The position numbers and the translations under genes are program-made. Below, piece by piece: positions 60,109 to 63,194 of a stretch of DNA of 63,194 bases. Each line of letters starts with the position of its first letter. The first letter of the stretch is position 1. The notes beneath the pieces are model-generated. The model worked only from the letters and a program-made list of their open reading frames with translations, was not told where the DNA came from and searched no databases. The DNA lies in the sequence record DRR723986_6692. One strand, 5' to 3'.

Positions 60109-61191
60109 ATGATGAAAACTGTGAAAATTATGGCTTTTTGTTCTGCCATTTTGGCATTTGAAGCCGGGCCCGCTTGGTCTCGCCAAGGAAATGGCGGTGA
60201 CGTAGCGCTTAGTGATGAACAATCTGCGCAGGTCATCAGTGCACTTGATACTTCCAGTATGGCTGCGGGTGTGCACCGGCTAAAGTTTAATGCAGGCAGC
60301 AGAAACACCGGAGACAATATCTGGGTACCGGTTGTTGTGGCTAAGGGCGAGGCGCCCGGGCCCAGACTTTTGCTTACGTCGGCGGTCCACGGTGATGAGC
60401 TCAACGGTGTTTCGGTAATCCACGGTTTGCTCAAAACGATTGATTTAAGCAGTTTGCGTGGCACGATTATCGGAATTCCTGGTGTTAACCAGCCCGGCAT
60501 GAACGCCAATAACCGTCATTTCGTGAGCGCTGACCTTGGTGGCAATTTGGCTGATTTGAACCGCCTTTTTCCGGGACGTTTGAAAGGTAGTACTGCCGCA
60601 GCTCGGTATGTTGGCAAGCTTTGGCACCATGTGATTAAAAGCAACACCGATTATGCCGTTGACCTACATACTCAAACCCGAGGGTCTGACTATCCCTTGT
60701 TTGTTTTTGCGGATTTCCGCAATGCTGTCGCGCGCCAAATGGCGTTCGATTTGGCCCCAGATATGATCAAGAACGATTCTGGGCAAAGCGGTACATTGGA
60801 AACCACATTGATGCGCGCGGATATCCCGGCGGTTACATTGGAAGTCGGTGGCCCCAAAAGGTGGCAGCCAGAGCTGGTAGCACGTGCGATTTCGGGCCTG
60901 AGAAATGTAATGAAAGGCTTGGATATGCTGCCGGGCGCAAAGATAGTTGGTGAAACAGAGCCTTTCGTTGGCGCTTCCTCGGTTAATGTTTATACTGATG
61001 TTGGTGGCTTTGCTTATGTTCATGTGGCACTAAAAGAGCGTGTGAAAAAAGGCCAGAAAGTCGCAACAATGGTTGATGCTTATGGCCGCGAACTGGCGAC
61101 CTATTATTCACCAGAAGACGGTATGGTTTTATCGGTAGCAACGGACCCCTTAAGAGAACCAGGCACGATGCTTGTCCGTATTTTGTATTGA
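60109..61191 (+). CDS. Succinylglutamate desuccinylase/aspartoacylase (M14-like) family protein, secreted
   Basis: Signal peptide, HGDELNG, DLNRLFPG, VDLHT, TLEVGG. Confidence 0.88.
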   Translation: MMKTVKIMAFCSAILAFEAGPAWSRQGNGGDVALSDEQSAQVISALDTSSMAAGVHRLKFNAGSRNTGDNIWVPVVVAKGEAPGPRLLLTSAVHGDELNGVSVIHGLLKTIDLSSLRGTIIGIPGVNQPGMNANNRHFVSADLGGNLADLNRLFPGRLKGSTAAARYVGKLWHHVIKSNTDYAVDLHTQTRGSDYPLFVFADFRNAVARQMAFDLAPDMIKNDSGQSGTLETTLMRADIPAVTLEVGGPKRWQPELVARAISGLRNVMKGLDMLPGAKIVGETEPFVGASSVNVYTDVGGFAYVHVALKERVKKGQKVATMVDAYGRELATYYSPEDGMVLSVATDPLREPGTMLVRILY

Positions 61192-61242
61192 ATAAACCGT
61201 ATTGAGCGCGATTTGGTATAAGAGTGATCGAGAGTGAATTGA

Positions 61243-62292
61243 ATGAGCGAGCCAATTCAAAAGTCAGATAGTAAATGGGAACACCCACCGGTTAAATACG
61301 GCAAAACCGGTTTGTTGCTTATGAGTCTTGGCACGCCGGATGCGCCCACTTACGGGTCAGTACGAAAGTTTCTGGCTGAATTTTTATCTGATCCGCGTGT
61401 TATTGAAACACCGCGTTTGTTGTGGTTGCCTATTCTCTATGGCGCAATTTTAACCTTTCGCCCGGCCAAATCTGCGAAGGCCTATGCCAAAATATGGGAC
61501 TATGAACGTGGTGAATCTCCGCTTAGAACTTATGCGCGATCGCAAAGCGATAAATTAAGCGAGCGGTTTGGCGATGAGGTAACCGTCGCCTGGGCATTTC
61601 GGTACGGCAACCCGTCTATTGAGAAAGGGTTGCGTGAATTGCAGGAACAAGGATGTGAGCGGATCATTTTGTTTGCTCTATACCCGCAATTTAGCGCGAC
61701 AACCACGGCCTCAACTTTTGACAAGGTATTTGAATGTTTGGGCAAAATGCGTTGGCAACCGGCAGTGCATACAGTAGCGCGTTACTGCGATGACCCCAAC
61801 TATATCTCTGCTTTGGCACAGTCCGCAAAAACCGAGCTGAACAGTCTTGATTGGCAGCCTGACAAAATACTGATGTCATATCATTCCATACCGCAGTCAT
61901 ACTTTGACAAGGGAGACCCGTACCCGTGCCATTGCCGGAAAACATCTCGCTTATTTCAGGAAGCCTCCGACTTTGCGCCAGATCAAGTGGTTACGACTTT
62001 CCAGTCAAGGGTTGGTCAAGCCCAGTGGGTTAGCCCATATACAGATAAGACCGTAGACCAACTGGCGGCAAATGGTGTGAAAAAGCTGGCGGTTATGGCA
62101 CCTGCATTCTCGGTAGATTGTCTTGAAACTCTTGAAGAGCTTAACATTGAGTTGCGGGCGCAGTTCATGGATGCAGGCGGTACGCACTTTCATTATATTC
62201 CGTGTCTGAATGACAGCGAACTGGGTATGGACATGCTTGAAAATGTGGTGCGAAGAGACGCCGCCGGATGGCTTGGGTCCAAAAAACTTTAG
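61243..62292 (+). CDS. hemH: Ferrochelatase
   Basis: LGTPDAP, FLSDPRVIE, LYPQFS, FQSRVG..W..PYT, DCLETLEE, PCLND. Confidence 0.96.
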   Translation: MSEPIQKSDSKWEHPPVKYGKTGLLLMSLGTPDAPTYGSVRKFLAEFLSDPRVIETPRLLWLPILYGAILTFRPAKSAKAYAKIWDYERGESPLRTYARSQSDKLSERFGDEVTVAWAFRYGNPSIEKGLRELQEQGCERIILFALYPQFSATTTASTFDKVFECLGKMRWQPAVHTVARYCDDPNYISALAQSAKTELNSLDWQPDKILMSYHSIPQSYFDKGDPYPCHCRKTSRLFQEASDFAPDQVVTTFQSRVGQAQWVSPYTDKTVDQLAANGVKKLAVMAPAFSVDCLETLEELNIELRAQFMDAGGTHFHYIPCLNDSELGMDMLENVVRRDAAGWLGSKKL

Positions 62293-62302
62293 CGGTTTTT
62301 GG

Positions 62303-62761
62303 TTATTTTTGTGGGCCTGCAATACCGGTAACGTCAACATAAACGGTTACATCGCCTGCATGCTCAAAGGTTAAAGTTACCGGGAAAACCTGACCTTGTT
62401 CAAGCGGGCTGTCTAGGCGCATCAACATAATATGCATACCGCCTGGCTCAAAAATAATTGTCTGGCCTGGGGCAAGCTCCTGCTCGTCTTGCATCTCCAT
62501 GCGCATGATGCCGTCTTGTTCAAATGATCGGTGGATTGTGGCCATCGCAGCTCGTGATGAACTGACGCCCAGTAGTTTTTCCATTTGGTCGGATGCGTTT
62601 TTAATTTCAAAATATACGGACGCTGAAGCGGTACGCGAGCCAGTTTTCCGTGCCCATGCCTGTGATATTTCTAACCCTTCATGTGTATCGCTGTCATGCG
62701 CAGCGACAGGTAAAAAAGCAGGCGCAAGCAGGAATATGAAACAGGTCAGGATTTTTTTCAT
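62303..62761 (-). CDS. Copper chaperone PCu(A)C
   Basis: Signal peptide; H..MRM..PGGMHIML Cu-binding pattern. Confidence 0.9.
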   Translation of the reverse strand: MKKILTCFIFLLAPAFLPVAAHDSDTHEGLEISQAWARKTGSRTASASVYFEIKNASDQMEKLLGVSSSRAAMATIHRSFEQDGIMRMEMQDEQELAPGQTIIFEPGGMHIMLMRLDSPLEQGQVFPVTLTFEHAGDVTVYVDVTGIAGPQK

Positions 62762-62878
62762 CGTGGTTCTCAGCGGGTTACTTGTTGAACATGAACTGTA
62801 TGTAGGGGGAAGGTGGGTTTTTGGTCAACAAATGACTGCATTGCAGAGGCAACTTGCCGCATCTGCTTAACATAGTCG

Positions 62879-63193
62879 TTAGGCAGCGTCTGTGGCGCAG
62901 ATAAGTTCATGTTGAATAGCGGGCTCGAACGCGGAATGGCCCGCTACAGCAACCATTTTAAGCTTCGCCCAAGGCATGGCTTTGGATAGCTCCCAGGCGG
63001 ATATGGGTGGGCAAATAGAATCGTATCTACCCTGAATGATTGTGGTAGGAATGCCAATCAGTTTGCCTGCATCGCTCAAAATTTGATTATCAGTTTTAAG
63101 GAAGCCTTTATTATGGAAATAGTGCGCTTCAATGCGGGCGAAGGCCAGCGCGAAAACGGGGTCAACCGAATGTGCCCTTTGCTCTTCATCTGG
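62879..63193 (-). CDS. pip: Proline iminopeptidase (3' part only)
   Basis: Frame open to the window edge: AFARIEAHYF...IIQGRYDSICP...AGHSAFEP. Confidence 0.9.
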   Translation of the reverse strand, partial: PDEEQRAHSVDPVFALAFARIEAHYFHNKGFLKTDNQILSDAGKLIGIPTTIIQGRYDSICPPISAWELSKAMPWAKLKMVAVAGHSAFEPAIQHELICATDAA

Positions 63194-63194
63194 C

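Noticed and set aside
1..63194. CRISPR arrays, tRNA/rRNA genes, transposases, integrases, phage or defence genes
   Set aside because: No regularly spaced direct repeats, cloverleaf or rRNA signatures, or mobile-element protein motifs were seen; intergenic spaces are short.

Overview
This is a core chromosomal segment of an alphaproteobacterium at roughly 50% GC. The assignment rests on divL, addAB, a CtrA box and the trpF-trpB-trpA-accD-folC / trxA-addAB order; finer taxonomy cannot be fixed from the sequence. It holds about 61 CDSs (ahcY and pip are cut by the window edges) plus the SRP RNA ffs. Main blocks: ahcY-metK-divL-tsaE-addB-addA-trxA; trp/accD/folC; a LiuR-like MerR regulator with a beta-oxidation operon; TauE/TIGR02186/TusA/bioB; ybbAP-tesA; a cluster of damage-repair enzymes; ffs-dnaX-ybaB-recR; dapED; a diguanylate cyclase-DUF2336 operon; argB; hemH. 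I saw no CRISPR array, tRNA, rRNA, IS, integrase or phage genes, and no large novel multi-gene system. The best leads are small and regulatory. (1) A sigma-54 promoter with an upstream enhancer-like repeat drives a 74-aa protein, followed by three hairpins whose loops all begin with CAU (candidate 3'-UTR sRNA). (2) A perfect CtrA box precedes a translationally coupled DGC-DUF2336 operon inserted into the argB-dapD region. (3) An AT-rich secreted orphan protein is built from two diverged copies of one domain. (4) A TolB-N-like/TM2 fusion overlaps trpF. (5) The cobB sirtuin has no in-frame canonical start codon ahead of its conserved N-terminal motif. All family calls come from motif recognition by eye, not database searches.
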